Source: Mobula birostris (lineage: Eukaryota). From it: a DNA stretch of 64,000 nt. The notes below the pieces were generated by a model. The model was given only the letters and a program-made list of their open reading frames with translations. It made no database searches and was not told where the DNA came from. Made by a program: the position numbers and the translations under genes. The stretch covers positions 49,602,952-49,666,951 of the forward strand of contig NC_092377.1 of assembly GCF_030028105.1 (NCBI RefSeq), written 5' to 3'. Each line of letters opens with the position of its first letter. Position 1 is the first letter of the stretch. This document shows positions 23,700 to 36,230 of this stretch, one piece after another.

Positions 23700-24294
23700 G
23701 TAAGAATTCCACATATTTTGAGTTTTATCTAGAGGAAACTCGATCAGCAGTTAACAAATTTCAGAAACATTTCAACTAGAGTTTTTAGAAAGTATTCAGG
23801 TCTTTCAGTCCTACCCTTGTTTGTTGTGTGAGGCCTTCTGTTCTCCTAGAGGGGCTTTCAAGTTCCATCTTCCAAATAATAAAGTACAAAAATCAGTGTG
23901 AAAATTTCTCTAAAGTAAGATGGGTATTGGAATTTGAATTAAGTGCCTACATAAAACTTTTTGATAATTATGGCGATTCGTATATTTGTCCATCCAAAAA
24001 AAGTACCAGACAAAAAAATCTTAATTGGTTGTCTGAATCAGGGTCCATAATTTCATGTGATTCAGAATCAATCCTTTAATGTACGTCATTGTTAACCAGC
24101 AGTTAAATTTGCCCAGAGGAGACATGCAGTTTCTGGAATCTGAAAGAACAAACTATTGTAGCAGGATATCCATGCAGACATCTTATGCCATGCCTTTGAG
24201 CTTCATTAGTTTAGGGATGGGAGGGGATGAGAAATTGTGACATTTTAAGTCTTAACCTGCATCAGGACTGTAGGATATGTTTTTTTTATTTTAG

Positions 24295-24307
24295 CCACTA
24301 GATGGCA
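24295..24307 (+). promoter_or_regulatory. Strong CTCF consensus motif
   Basis: CCACTAGATGGCA matches the CTCF core CCASYAGRKGGC exactly; located in nsl1 intron 5. Confidence 0.5.
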
Positions 24308-24946
24308 ATATTAAGAGACCAAGAATAACACTACAAACTATATAGAGTTCCATTCAGTGACTGCAATTGAATAGTAAAACATTGGAGCGAATGATGTAAG
24401 TTAGGGAAACTGTTAATTGCTATTCTAATCCTGTGGGACTGACAGTTAGTTTATTTGTTACCTAGTTTGAACTTGGGACCATACCATGTCTAAATATGAA
24501 TTTCTGGGCACTAAGTCAGCTGTGGTTACATCAACTGTGATGCTAGTGTAGCATATTGGGGCACACATCTGTCATATATTACATGAGTAACATGCTAGTG
24601 ATTACTGGTCTGTTACTACCTCATTGGTACTATTGAAATGTGCACAGATCTCCTGGCACTAATTGCAGCTACAAAGGGTTCCGTTGAAAGAGCTGCTGCA
24701 AGACATTTTCTTGAATTCCCATCTTTGTTATGCCTTAATTTCTAAGATTTTTTCATTTGATAGAGGTAACTTTTAGATGAAGTACTTTGATTACTGAGGC
24801 TGTGCAATGTCTTGACTTGGCAAACTGGGCAGGAATTACCTGGGGGAAAAAGATGTGAAAAATCATTTAGCTTTTGTGTATTTTCCATGGTTTGAACTAA
24901 ATAAATGTGTAATAGCACTAATAACCATATTTTTGTTTTCCTTTAG

Positions 24947-25228
24947 GAGTTACCAGCCTTTATGGAGAAAGCACAAGGACTTTTGCAAACTCTACATCTT
25001 GTTTCTGTCATGAAGCACTCACAGACAAATAAGACAGTCTTCTCAAACCATACAGGGATGGAACTCCAAAATGAAAAAGGACAGGCTTTTCCCCTTGGAA
25101 AAACGGATATCACTCCCATAGAGACAGATAAAAAGAAATTGCTGAAGAATCGTAGTTCAAGGAAGAGAAAAACAAATACTTCTGTTAATTATAAATATCC
25201 AAAGCGAAGACTGCATCTTGGTCAATAA
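24947..25228 (+). CDS. nsl1: NSL1 exon 6 (terminal)
   Basis: ctttag acceptor; ELPAFMEKAQGLLQTL...ITPIET...YKYPKRRLHLGQ* (human SLPALIEQGEGFSQVL...TTPTET...KKINL). Spliced CDS is 747 nt, 248 aa. Confidence 0.93.
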   Translation, partial: ELPAFMEKAQGLLQTLHLVSVMKHSQTNKTVFSNHTGMELQNEKGQAFPLGKTDITPIETDKKKLLKNRSSRKRKTNTSVNYKYPKRRLHLGQ

Positions 25229-27149
25229 ACCCTGCCAGATGTTTAGACCCAACATTTTTGTATATTCCTGTATAAAATATAGTTGTTTTCAGTGAATGTT
25301 AAGCAATTAATACCCAAATGTGCAACAAAGTATGGCAATATCAACATGTAATTGACTGAGTCTGTTCATACTAGCTACATGATTGAACAGAACATTGGAT
25401 GTCCATAAAATAGGGAGAAAATGAAATAGAATATTAAGCATGATAGAATGTGTAATATAACATATTTGTCATCTTTCTTCATTTCTACAGAAGATGCTAG
25501 ACTGGTATGGATCTTGATTTAAATATTTAGTTGCTCTTTGTTTTTGTGCATTTCACAATTCTTATTACAAGTATTGATTTATCTGAAAAGACTGCAACAT
25601 CCTTTTGAAAATGTGAAAAATGGTTTAGTTTTTGTTTGACTTATTTTTCCTCCAGCTTTACTAAGAGCCTCTCTAGCATTCTGTTCAGTTGTGATATTGT
25701 GACTGAGCAAATCTTTATTCAGAAAATGAACATTGTGTGTCTAAATATGATACAGAAAAATTAAACTTTTGTCAGTTATGCATTTAATAAAGGATGTAGC
25801 ACACCTTAATACATTTTGTTTAATATTGTAAAGATCAATAATTATACCTGTCCTTTTGTATGTGTACATCAGTTTTGGTTTTAAAAAAATTTAAACTGTA
25901 AATACAGTAGATTCACTTAAGATCTCTTAAATTGGGAGCAATGCTTTATTATAGGAACTTTTAATAATCCCACGTGTTGATCCATGCTGTACATTACTCT
26001 TTGCATTGAAGTCGACACAGCTAGGGGAACATTAATCTCACCATACTCAACCTTTTGGTTCCTGTCTTTGTATGTACTCCTCCCACACCACTCCCATTAG
26101 CTGCCCTGGTACTCTGGTTCCCATCCAGAGACAGAATTGTTTTTTTAATGGTTCAATTTAATATCAGAGAATGTATACAACCTGAAATCCTTACTCTTCG
26201 CAGACATCCATGAAACAAAGAGAAGAAAACCCAAAGAATGAATGACAGCAAACATTAGAGCACCAAAGCCTTCCCCCTCCTCCCATGCTCAAGATGCAGT
26301 GTGCCCCTTAGAAAATAGGTACATTTAAAATTTTATCCTTGATTTTGACCGTGCCTGTGCCATTCAAGATCAATGTCTCAATTACTTCAGGAATCTAAAT
26401 AATTATAAATTGTTGAAATTGTTCAAATTAATTGACCTTAAAGTACAATTTTGCATTTTTGTCATCTGATTATCAGTGCATGATGGTGATCTTTGAATTT
26501 ATACTGAACAAGTAAATCTTAATTTTTTACTTGTTCTTTTAAATCTTTCACTGTAGAGAACATTCTATAGGAATAAAATATGCAAATAGTTATCACCTTA
26601 ACTCTACTATTGTTTATTGCATTTGCTGTACTGTATACAAATACATTGCAAGTACTTACCAAAGTTGCTGCAAAAGTATTTTTCAATCTCAATTTCCAAG
26701 TGTGGAATAAGGCACCAATTGCATGGGAAAAAGAACAAGCTACGTTCTTGACTCCTTATCACATGGCATCCTCACTTAGGATGTACAGTACAATGGGATA
26801 ACTCCATAGACTTAGTAGTCCAACCTTGCATCACTTTCTGCCCAAGATCTACAAGCTGCAAAATTTATTTCTTATTACCTCTGACAGATGTACAGTACTC
26901 ATTCCTCTCATCTATACTAATCTTGTGCTTGCAATTGGCCCCTATCCCTCTACTACTTTCCTCTCCAGGTATTTGCTTCCTCTTAACAACTTGTTTCATG
27001 TAGCTACCACATACTGTGAAAATCTTGCCTCTTGTATCAGCTTTAAATTTCTCCCCTCAAACTAAACATGTTATCTAGTTTTATAATCTTTAGCAGCACC
27101 TCCCTCCCTAAGGGGCACACCAAGAAAAATGATTCTATCTGGGTGGAAA

Positions 27150-28375
27150 CCAGAGGAGCTAGTGAGTAGTGTGGGGAAAGTAGATGTTCAGCCTACATGC
27201 AAAGATGGGAGCCAAAAAGTTCAGCATATGGGGATTAATGTTCTGGGTTGTGTCTATTTTAATGCAAATATAGGTAAGGCACATTACCTAAGATGAGAGC
27301 ACGAACCAGCACATTTGTAGCCATTAGTGAGACTTAGTTGCAAGACTAGCAGCTCAATGTTTCAGGCATGATGGTGGAGGAGGTATTGCTTGTCAGGGAA
27401 ATGTCGTAATGCTCAGGCAGGACAGACTAGAGGGTTCATCTCCTGGAAGGAAGGCAGAAAATGGAATTATAAGCCGGTTAGCCTGACTTCAGTGGTTGAC
27501 AGGAGACAGAGTGGGAATAAAGGGGTCCTTGTCTGGATAACTGCTGGTGACCAGTGGAATTCCACAGAGGTGAGTGTTGGGACTGCAGCTTTTCATGTTA
27601 TATGTCAATGATTTGGATGATGGAATTGATTACTTTGTGGCAAATTTGTACACAATACAAAGGTAGGTGGAGAGGCAGGTAGTGTTGAGAAAGGAAGTCT
27701 GCGGAAGGGCTTAGACAAATGAGAAGTGGCAGATGGATACTGTGTAGGGAAATGTAAGGAAGAATAAAAGTGTAGGCATTCTAAATGGGGAACAAATTCA
27801 GAAATCAGAGGTGCAAAGGGACTAAGAATTCCTCGTGCAGGATTCCATAAAGGTTAATTTGCAGGTTAACTCAGTAGTAAGGAAGGCAAATGCAATGTTA
27901 GCATTCATTTTGAGGGGACTAGAATATAAAAATAAGGATGTATTGTTGAGGCTGAGGAGCATTTGATGGTCTGTACTCACTGAAGTTTAGAAGAATGAAG
28001 GGGGATCTCATTGAAACCTACCAAATAATTGAAAGACCTGCTTAAGAGTGGACATGGAGAGGATGTTTTCAACAGTGAGTGAATCTAGAACAAGAGGACA
28101 CAGCATCAGAATAGAAGGGCATCCCTTTAGAACAGAGATGAACAATTTTTTAGCCAGTGGGTGGTGAATCCGGAATTTATTGCCACAGATGGCAGTGGAA
28201 GCCAAGTCATTGTGAATATTTAAAGCAGAGGTTGCTAGGTTCTTGATTTGTAGGGCGTTAAGGGTTAGGGAGCGAGGACATGAGAAAAAGGTTGGGAGAA
28301 AAATTAATCAGCCATGAATGGTGGAGCAGAGTCAATGAGCCAAATGGCCTAATTCTTGTCCTATATCTTGTGATC
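27150..28375 (+). mobile_element. Degenerate, internally deleted CR1
   Basis: NYKPVSLTSVV, RT-like remnants and a CR1 3' end (ggcctaattcttgtcctatatcttgtg). Confidence 0.75.
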
Positions 28376-29479
28376 TGTGGTTTGTTCAGTAAGTACATTC
28401 CATGGTTTAATACTTTTGACATGTACAATTGTTAAAATGCTAAATAATCTCATCAGAAAAGTTAAGAATGGATTCTGCATATGTTTTACATTTCATTATG
28501 ATGATAGCGTTCTAGTGAATTCCACTCTCAAACTATTTAGGCTCTGTCTTGTGTGTTATTTGTAATTGAAGCTGGTTACTACTTATACAGTGTTCTATTC
28601 CACTTTAGTGAACAAATTCGTCATCGTAGTTTCTCCTATCCCTTTACTAGAGTAATTCTGGAAATGAAGGCAATGGTATGGAAGAGACAAAATGCTTTTC
28701 TTTGAGGAGAGTTGACAGTATCCTGGTCATCTGTACATGGTTTAAGAAGAACCTTTGCCTAAGGAGGGTGGAGTTTCCAAAATATTAGTACATGAGCCTT
28801 TTGAGTGTATCCAGACTGTACCTTACAGTTTTAAAGTCTTGTGCATCACCACACATAAACTACACACCCTCCCTGGGACCAATGTAATCTCTTATGAGGT
28901 TAAATGGAATATATAAACCAAGATGATTAGAGGAAACATAGCACTGGATAATTTATCTCTGACCCCACTGGGGAATTGAAACCAGCCCAGAAGACCAGTC
29001 TGGCCCGAACGATAGCTCTGGCTCGTATAAGGTGATCTCTTCTGTGGCCAGTAGTAGCTTTGGTACTGTACCCATTTGAAAATAATTACTGTACCGTTTA
29101 TTGAAAGGCTTGGGCCAGATTCAAGGTCTACTCTTCTCTATGGAGAAAAGAAAATCTCAGTGTTTAATCTACTTCTATTTTACAGATTTTCAGTTTATGA
29201 TTCTCTAGTTCACCCGTCCTTAATAAAATGCGTCTACTAAAACACATTCTGTTCTCGCTTTTATAGATCTCAAGAAAGCCTTCTTTAATTGTACACTCCA
29301 AGAGATAGAATCGATGCAGCCCATAAATATAGACAGGTGCTAATATCTTTACCCCAACACCAACAGCGATATAGAAGTGCTCCCGCAGGATCACAAAATG
29401 AATCAGGGCAGTGTAGGAACCTAATGTACAACTCAATCAAGCTCATTTTGATCGAGCAAGCTTTCCACTGTTTGACGCT

Positions 29480-30438
29480 GTAGTGTTATTCTTTTACTTT
29501 TCCATCTTAATTTCGAGCGACTCAGTCATTTCTTCTGGGAAACAGGCGGTTCGCTTTGATAGGTTTGTTCTTCTGGATACGCCCAGGACATGGCTTTGAT
29601 GAACTGTCGCTATAGTACAGCATGTTCTTTGTGGGTGGGAAGGGATGAATATACTTGCACGCAGTTGAACTGTCTTTTCAGATACACTACGCAAGTAGAG
29701 AAATTTGTAAAGCGTAAGGAGAACTTTTGACTACTTTGGAGTTCGTGACAGGTAAAATAACGCGATGTTTACGGTGAGTTGGGTACGGGGAATATTCCGG
29801 TGGAAGCCGTTAAATCTAATTTTATTCTATTGCTTATACGGTTTATGGATGAATCTGAAACGAAGCCCAAATCCGGTTATTGTGTATTGTTTTCAGTTGA
29901 GCCGGTGAATTACTATTTTAATCGGGATATGCCAATTAACATTTTTGAGCAAGTCAGCTTCTAGACTGAGCAATGTCAGTAACTATCGTCTGGTGTTACT
30001 TTTAGGAAGAATCGGGTAAAAAAATTCGTGCCTCGAACTGTGTGTCTGATTGAGGCTAGGCAGCCCAGCGAATATTCTACCTGATAGTGTGGAAGTTCGG
30101 AGATTTCGACTTTCCTAAATTTAAAACCAAAACACGTGACTTGAAATTTGGCATACGCATTCCAAGAAGAAATTTGTTTTTTTTTACTTGGACAATGTGA
30201 AACTCTCAGAACTGCTTTTCCTTTTACAATTACATCAAAGCGTGAAGTTTTTTTTGCCAGATCGATGATCGATGGCAAACGGCGTGCTAGACATCTCCCT
30301 CAGTACTTGACTCCAGCTCCGTACACTGGTTCAATGGGAAATCCGGCCTCTTGAGAGCATGCTACGCTGAACTCCTTTCGTTTGCAATCAGTTAGAGCTG
30401 TGCATGTGTTTACACATAAATCTGATTATTTGGATGCC
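29480..30438 (+). promoter_or_regulatory. batf3 promoter/5' region, CpG-retaining, with STAT, NF-kB, IRF and E-box motifs
   Basis: Unique, CpG-enriched sequence. GAS TTCTGGGAA (29533-29541) and TTCCAAGAA (30160-30168), CACGTGAC (30133), kB-like GGGAAATCC (near 30336), IRF-like CTTTCGTTT (near 30375). Confidence 0.55.
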
Positions 30439-30513
30439 ATGTCTGGGTTAGATTCTGCAGAGCTCCTTGCACATGATCCAGCCAACAGCAGCGGCTCGGC
30501 CCGGGCGTCTCAG
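30439..30513 (+). CDS. batf3: BATF3 exon 1
   Basis: gccATGt start; MSGLDSAELLAHDPANSSGSARASQ. Donor GTCAGT, phase 0; 95-nt intron to exon 2. Confidence 0.75.
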
Positions 30514-30608
30514 GTCAGTAGAAAGTCTCTCTCACACTATACGTATTGCACTGTGCAGGTCATTTGTCACTGCATATTGTAAAGCAAGATCTGGTATTTG
30601 GACTCTAG

Positions 30609-30713
30609 GACTGTGGTGGCGATAACAAGAAACTTCGAAGAAGGGAAAAAAACAGAATCGCTGCGCAAAGAAGCCGGAAGAAACAGACCCTGAAGGCAGA
30701 TAAACTACACAAG
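30609..30713 (+). CDS. batf3: BATF3 exon 2 (bZIP basic region)
   Basis: DCGGDNKKLRRREKNRIAAQRSRKKQTLKADKLHK (human RKVRRREKNRVAAQRSRKKQTQKADKLHE). ctag acceptor, GTATAG donor, 105 nt. Confidence 0.95.
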
Positions 30714-31648
30714 GTATAGCTCTGAGCCGCAGATCCAGCGGTGGCCCGCTCATTTGCGGATAATGAAATGAATTAACCCCAAACTGCAGTTCTAAATGCT
30801 ATTAGACATAACGAAACAATATCAGTAAGTTTCAGTAATGTCGCCCTTTTAAGATATCTAGCAGTAATTGATTTAAAGCTGTATTTGAAGGTCCAGTAAA
30901 TGTATGTCTAATGCGGGTATTCGTGCGGACTGGCCCACTGGCAAAGCTATGACTTCCTTTAAAATTTCTTACATTGTGTGGGGAATTGTCTTTCATCGAA
31001 TTTATCTGGACTGTGACTGTACATTTCCAAACCATGGAAGAGCCTATAAGAAAGAATTCTGCCATTAAATGTGTCATATGCCAGGTTCCTGAATATTGAG
31101 GCGTGAGACCGTCACGGCTTTAATTGGCCTTGGCCTTTACTAACCGCAAACCTAGTTGTTTGGGAAATTTCCCAGGCGCTAACATTCATGCACTTCGTAA
31201 ACTCAATGTGATTAGGAGCCTGATAATATAAAGTAGCTATGCTACAAAAGGTTTGTTTATTTTATCATTTACAGTAACATTGGGGGGGGGAGCGCAGAAA
31301 ATCTTAATCATTAAATTATTTATTACACAGAGGGAGGCCACTCCGTCAATTCTGTCTGTGTTAGTCGGATAAAAAGCAACCCAACCTAATCTAGCTATCC
31401 AGCTCTGCGGGTCACAAATCTAATTGTGCACGGGCAAGTACTGTTTAAATGTAGTAGTAATTGGTTCTGCCTGTACTACATTTCAAAGTAGTCAGTTTTG
31501 GATTCCTGCCACCCTCGGGGTAAATAAAAATCTCATCTCAAAATCAGAATGGGAATCAGGTTTATTGTCACCGGCATGTGACGTGAAATTTGTTAACTTA
31601 GCGGCAGCAGTTCAATGCAATAAATACTCCAGAAGAGAGAAAAACCCT

Positions 31649-31668
31649 AATAATAATAATAATAATAA
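31649..31668 (+). repeat. (AAT)n microsatellite
   Basis: Directly visible. Confidence 0.9.
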
Positions 31669-32959
31669 GTAAACAAGTAAGTCACTTACATTATACGTAT
31701 ATTGAATAGATTTAAAAACGTGCAAAAAAACCCCCCAGAAATACTGTTTAATTTTAAAAAAGTGAGATAGTGTCCAAGGGTTCAATGTCCATTTAGGAAT
31801 CGGATGGCAGAGGGGAAGATGCCACTTTTAATTATTGCCTTTGTTTTTTGACTCGTTTGCCAAAGTAAATAGGTCTTATTTATACAACTTAGTTAAGTCT
31901 CTCCTCAGACTCCTGTATTTCAGAGAACACAGTCCCAGCTTGTCTGTTCTTTCCTTGCAGGTATAATCTTGTGTAATGTCACAGCACCCTCTCCTGTGCA
32001 ATCACCTCTTTCCTGTAATAAGTTTCCTACAGAAGCTGGAAATCTTGAGCAACACACTAAATGCTGAAGGAACTCAGTAAGTCAGGCAGCACGTATGGAG
32101 AGGAGTAAGCAGCTGAGGTTTTGGTTCGAGACTCTTCATTGGGACTGGGAAGGAAGGGGGAAGTAGCCAGAATAAGAAGATGGGGGGAAGCAAAGGAGTA
32201 CAAGCTGGCAGGTCATAGAAGGGTCTCAGCATCTGACGGACCTCTTGTCTTTATGATTTGCTGCTCCATGGCAAAGTCTTTTCAAGGTGTACACCTCTGA
32301 AGAAGTTGAAATCTTCTCTTTGATGGAAGCTCAGTGAGATATCCTCTGTGATCTCTGCTGCTCTCTAGCTCTTTGTTTACCCCCCTCCCTACCCACCCAC
32401 CTTCCCTGTCAAGTGATTTCACCTATCAGCTGCCCAGCTGGTACACCTTTCCTGCTGTCTAAAGCTCTCCTGGTCACTGCCAATACAGGGCCACTTCTGA
32501 ACAAGCCTTTTAACCATGCCCTCTGCACTTTGGCTAAATTATTAACATATATTACAAAAAAGGGGTTGATGTATTGAGCCCTGTGGAAGCCCTGGCTGTC
32601 CAGTCATAAGGACACCAGCCGTGCTTTATCACTTGGTTCTCGCCGCTGAGCCATTCCTGTAGGCGGACTTTAGGGATCTAAGAAAAAGATAAGAAGCAAA
32701 GCCTCAATAGACGATTGAGGGACTGTGGTTGCTCCTCTTTGTTTTTCAGGTCATAGTGGGATTGAAGGATTTGTGATACAAAAGGTATTATGTAAACAAG
32801 TATTACAGGTTCACAGCATTTGACTTTTTTTTAATGGCCTCTTTATACATGCCTTGCATGCAAGTGTTGTCTTTCCTGATTCATTTCTCACGCTTGAAGT
32901 ATTTATCAAAAGCCAAGGCTCTTCAAAAGCTAATCACTCTAGATGACAGAGATATGATA

Positions 32960-33620
32960 TATCAACAGGTAGATAGGGTTGTGAGGAAAGCTTTTGGCAC
33001 AATGGCCTTCATAAATCAAAGTATTGAGTACAAGAGATGGGATGTTACACTGAAGGTGTTTAAGACATTGGTGAGGGTTAGTTTGGAGTATTGTGTGCAG
33101 GTTTGGTCACCTACCTATAGGAAAGATGTAAATAAGGTTGAAAGAGTACAGAGAAAATTTACAAGGATGTTGCCAGGTCTGGAGGACCTGAGTTACAAGG
33201 AAAGATTGAATAGGTTAGGATTTTATTTCTTGGAACATAGAAGATTGAGAGGAGATTTGATAGAGGTATACAAAATGATAAGGGGTATAGATAAGGTAAA
33301 TGCAGGAAGGCTTTTTCCACTGAAGTTGGGTGGGTGGGACTACAACCAGAGGTCATGGGTTAAGGGTGAAAGATGAAACGTTTAAGGAGAAGATGAGGGG
33401 GCACTTCTTCATTCAGAGAGTGTGGAACGAGCTGCCAGCACAAGTGGAGCATGCGAGCTCGATTTCAATGTTTAGGAAGCTTGGATAGGTGCATGGATAG
33501 TAGGGGTATGGAGAACGAAGGTCCCAGTGCAGGTCAATGGGAGTAGACAGCTTAAATGGTTCAGCACAGACTAGATGGGCCTAAGGGCCTGTTTATGAGC
33601 TGTGTGTCTCTATGACTCTA
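32960..33620 (+). mobile_element. CR1 3' fragment
   Basis: ORF 32834-33376: QVDRVVRKAFG...LEYCVQVWSP...RRLRGDLIEVYK. Tail ctatgactcta. Confidence 0.85.
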
Positions 33621-36230
33621 ATTGTTGTAGTACTGTACAATCATATCTATCTTGTTGGCTTTTCCTTATGACTGTAATTAGGATTAATTAATATACCATT
33701 TCTTAGAATTGTAAGCTCTGAAAGTTACACTGATGATGGAATCTTTCCCCCCTTGTTTGCTTCAGATGGTCACTGACAAATATGGTAAAGTATTGGTTAA
33801 ATGCGAAGTAAAACTCTGTTTAATCTATCTTTTAATCAGACTTGAATTCTCGAACTGCTGAACAAAGATAACTAATTCATTACTGTATTCTTGATCTTGG
33901 AGTGCAGACATTTACAGGTACATGCTCAGTCTACAAACTTGTGCTGAGAGCATGGCTTGACTTTCTGCCCTCTACACAATAAGGAGTTACCCTTATTAGA
34001 GTGGAGAAGCTGCTTCTGAAGTCCAGGAAGAGGGAGGCTGGGGAGGCAATGCAGTTGCTCAGGAATGAGGCCTGGACTCCGGCTGACACAGTGAGCATGG
34101 CCATTGTTGGGCTCCTTGTGTTGACAGAATGCCTGGATCAGATTCTCTTGTATCACCCCCGACTGGAATGTGATGAAAGCTGCTGTCTACCATACCCCCC
34201 CACTCCCACTTTGTTCAGCTGTAAACTCCCTCAATCACGTGAATTGACTGAAATACTTATAACATTTTAAATCTGTGGGAATATAAAACGTGGGAGTCAG
34301 AGTAGGCCAATATTTACTTTGCTCTGCTGTTGAACATCAAAGCTCACTTTAAGCAACACACACAAAATGCTGGAAGAACCCAGCAGGTCAGGCAGCATCT
34401 ATGGGGAGAAATGAACAATCGATGTTTGAGCTGAGATCCTTCATCAGGCCTGGAAAGAAAGAGTCCAGAAGCCAGAAAGCAGACCTTAATCCCACTTTCC
34501 CATCTTGAGCTAGATCTGTGAATTCCCTTAGTGTTGGGGAAAAAAAATCATTCACCACATCTTGTATATTCTCAGCAACCAGTGTTCTGTAGCGTAGAGA
34601 ATATCTGAGATATACAACCTTGGCACAAAACAATATCTACTCATCTTAGTCTGAAATATCCACCATCTTATCCCAAGTACACGACTTATAGTTCTAGATG
34701 ATCTAACTGGAGCAAACTTTAAAAGTGTTGAAGTGTACAAAAGGATGGATGTTATGTATTTACAGTAGATTTCCTATATTTCCCTGTTCATAAAAACATT
34801 GTGGATAATGTTTAGAAGTGATAAACAATGGCATATTTTTTATGAACTTAGTACATATAAGAGGATGTAAGAGAAATGTCAACCTATCTATTTACAAAGC
34901 AAAGTACACAGATATTACTATTGAGATAAAACTGACACCGTGGGTACACTTTAAAGCTCTTATCCAGATGTTCATACATTAAATGAAACTATAATGAATA
35001 TTGAATTCATAACCTGGGTAAGTATTTGCCTGATATTTAGCATCCCTTGCCATCAAATGAAACATCAAAAGACTTCATTATTTTAAAGGACTCTATCTGA
35101 TTATCCCTCAGCCTTCTCTTTACTAGAAGAAGGAACCCAATGTTATTCAGTTTTTACTGCTTAGTTGCAGTATGCCCCTCCACTGAAGGAAGAGCAGAGA
35201 CACATTTTAAGGTAAATTAGGTCTTCAAGCATGCTACTCCGCTACTAATTTCCCATCAATTAGTGACAATCCACTTCCTGTGATGTTTGTAACTTCATTC
35301 TCATACGTTCTTCATTGTTACATGTCGAAACTGAAGGAAAAAGAGCATTTTCATGCATGGATATTTTAATCTTTGATTATTTAGCAAACAAGGCTACAAT
35401 GATCAAGAATTTTTTTTATTCCATGACTTACAATGGTTTGCATTTTGGCACATTAACAAGTGCAAGTCTTCCCCAGCTTATGAACATCCAATTTATGTAA
35501 AGCCAGTACATACAAACAAGCATTCTGGGAGCGTGGTGGTATGGGCTTGCCTGCCACTGTGATGCTGCAAGCATTTTCTACCACCAGGGAACCGGCTCAC
35601 AGCTGCGCTTCCAACTTGCAAACTGCTCAAAGGAATGGAGTCCTGTCGTAATATGACAGTTGTGATAGTTTAATTATGCTTGTAGATCTCTTAGTACTTT
35701 ATCTCTGGAAAATCAGGGAAAATATAAGTTATGTTCTAATTATATCATAGATATAGAGGAGTGCTTCTTTTTACAGTTCTGAAGCTCAGCTGAGTGGTTG
35801 AATTGTGGAGCTGCAGGTGTGACTGAGTCATGCATTGATGGTGCCCAGTTTGATATGAGTGCAGGCAGCAACTTCAATTCATTATTGATAGGTTCATGAC
35901 AGAGAAATAAACTGATGCCATCACAACCTCAGTGCAGATCATGACTGGCCAACTTAAAATCAGGCGTTAGTTTTTACAGAGCTAACTGAAGTCCAAAATT
36001 ACGATATCTCATCCTTGGATTTTAAGTAAGGAGTTATAAATGTTTGGGATTTATTTATTTACTGCTTTTCCATTTAGCTAGATCACTTTGGTCAAAGTGT
36101 CTTTCAATTAATGTGCAAAAGATGCTATGAAAATTCAGTGAATTCCGGCTAATTGGGACACATTGGGACCAGTATATTTTGGCCCAATAAAGCAATTAGC
36201 CGAAGTTTCATGGAAATATTAAAAAGTCAT

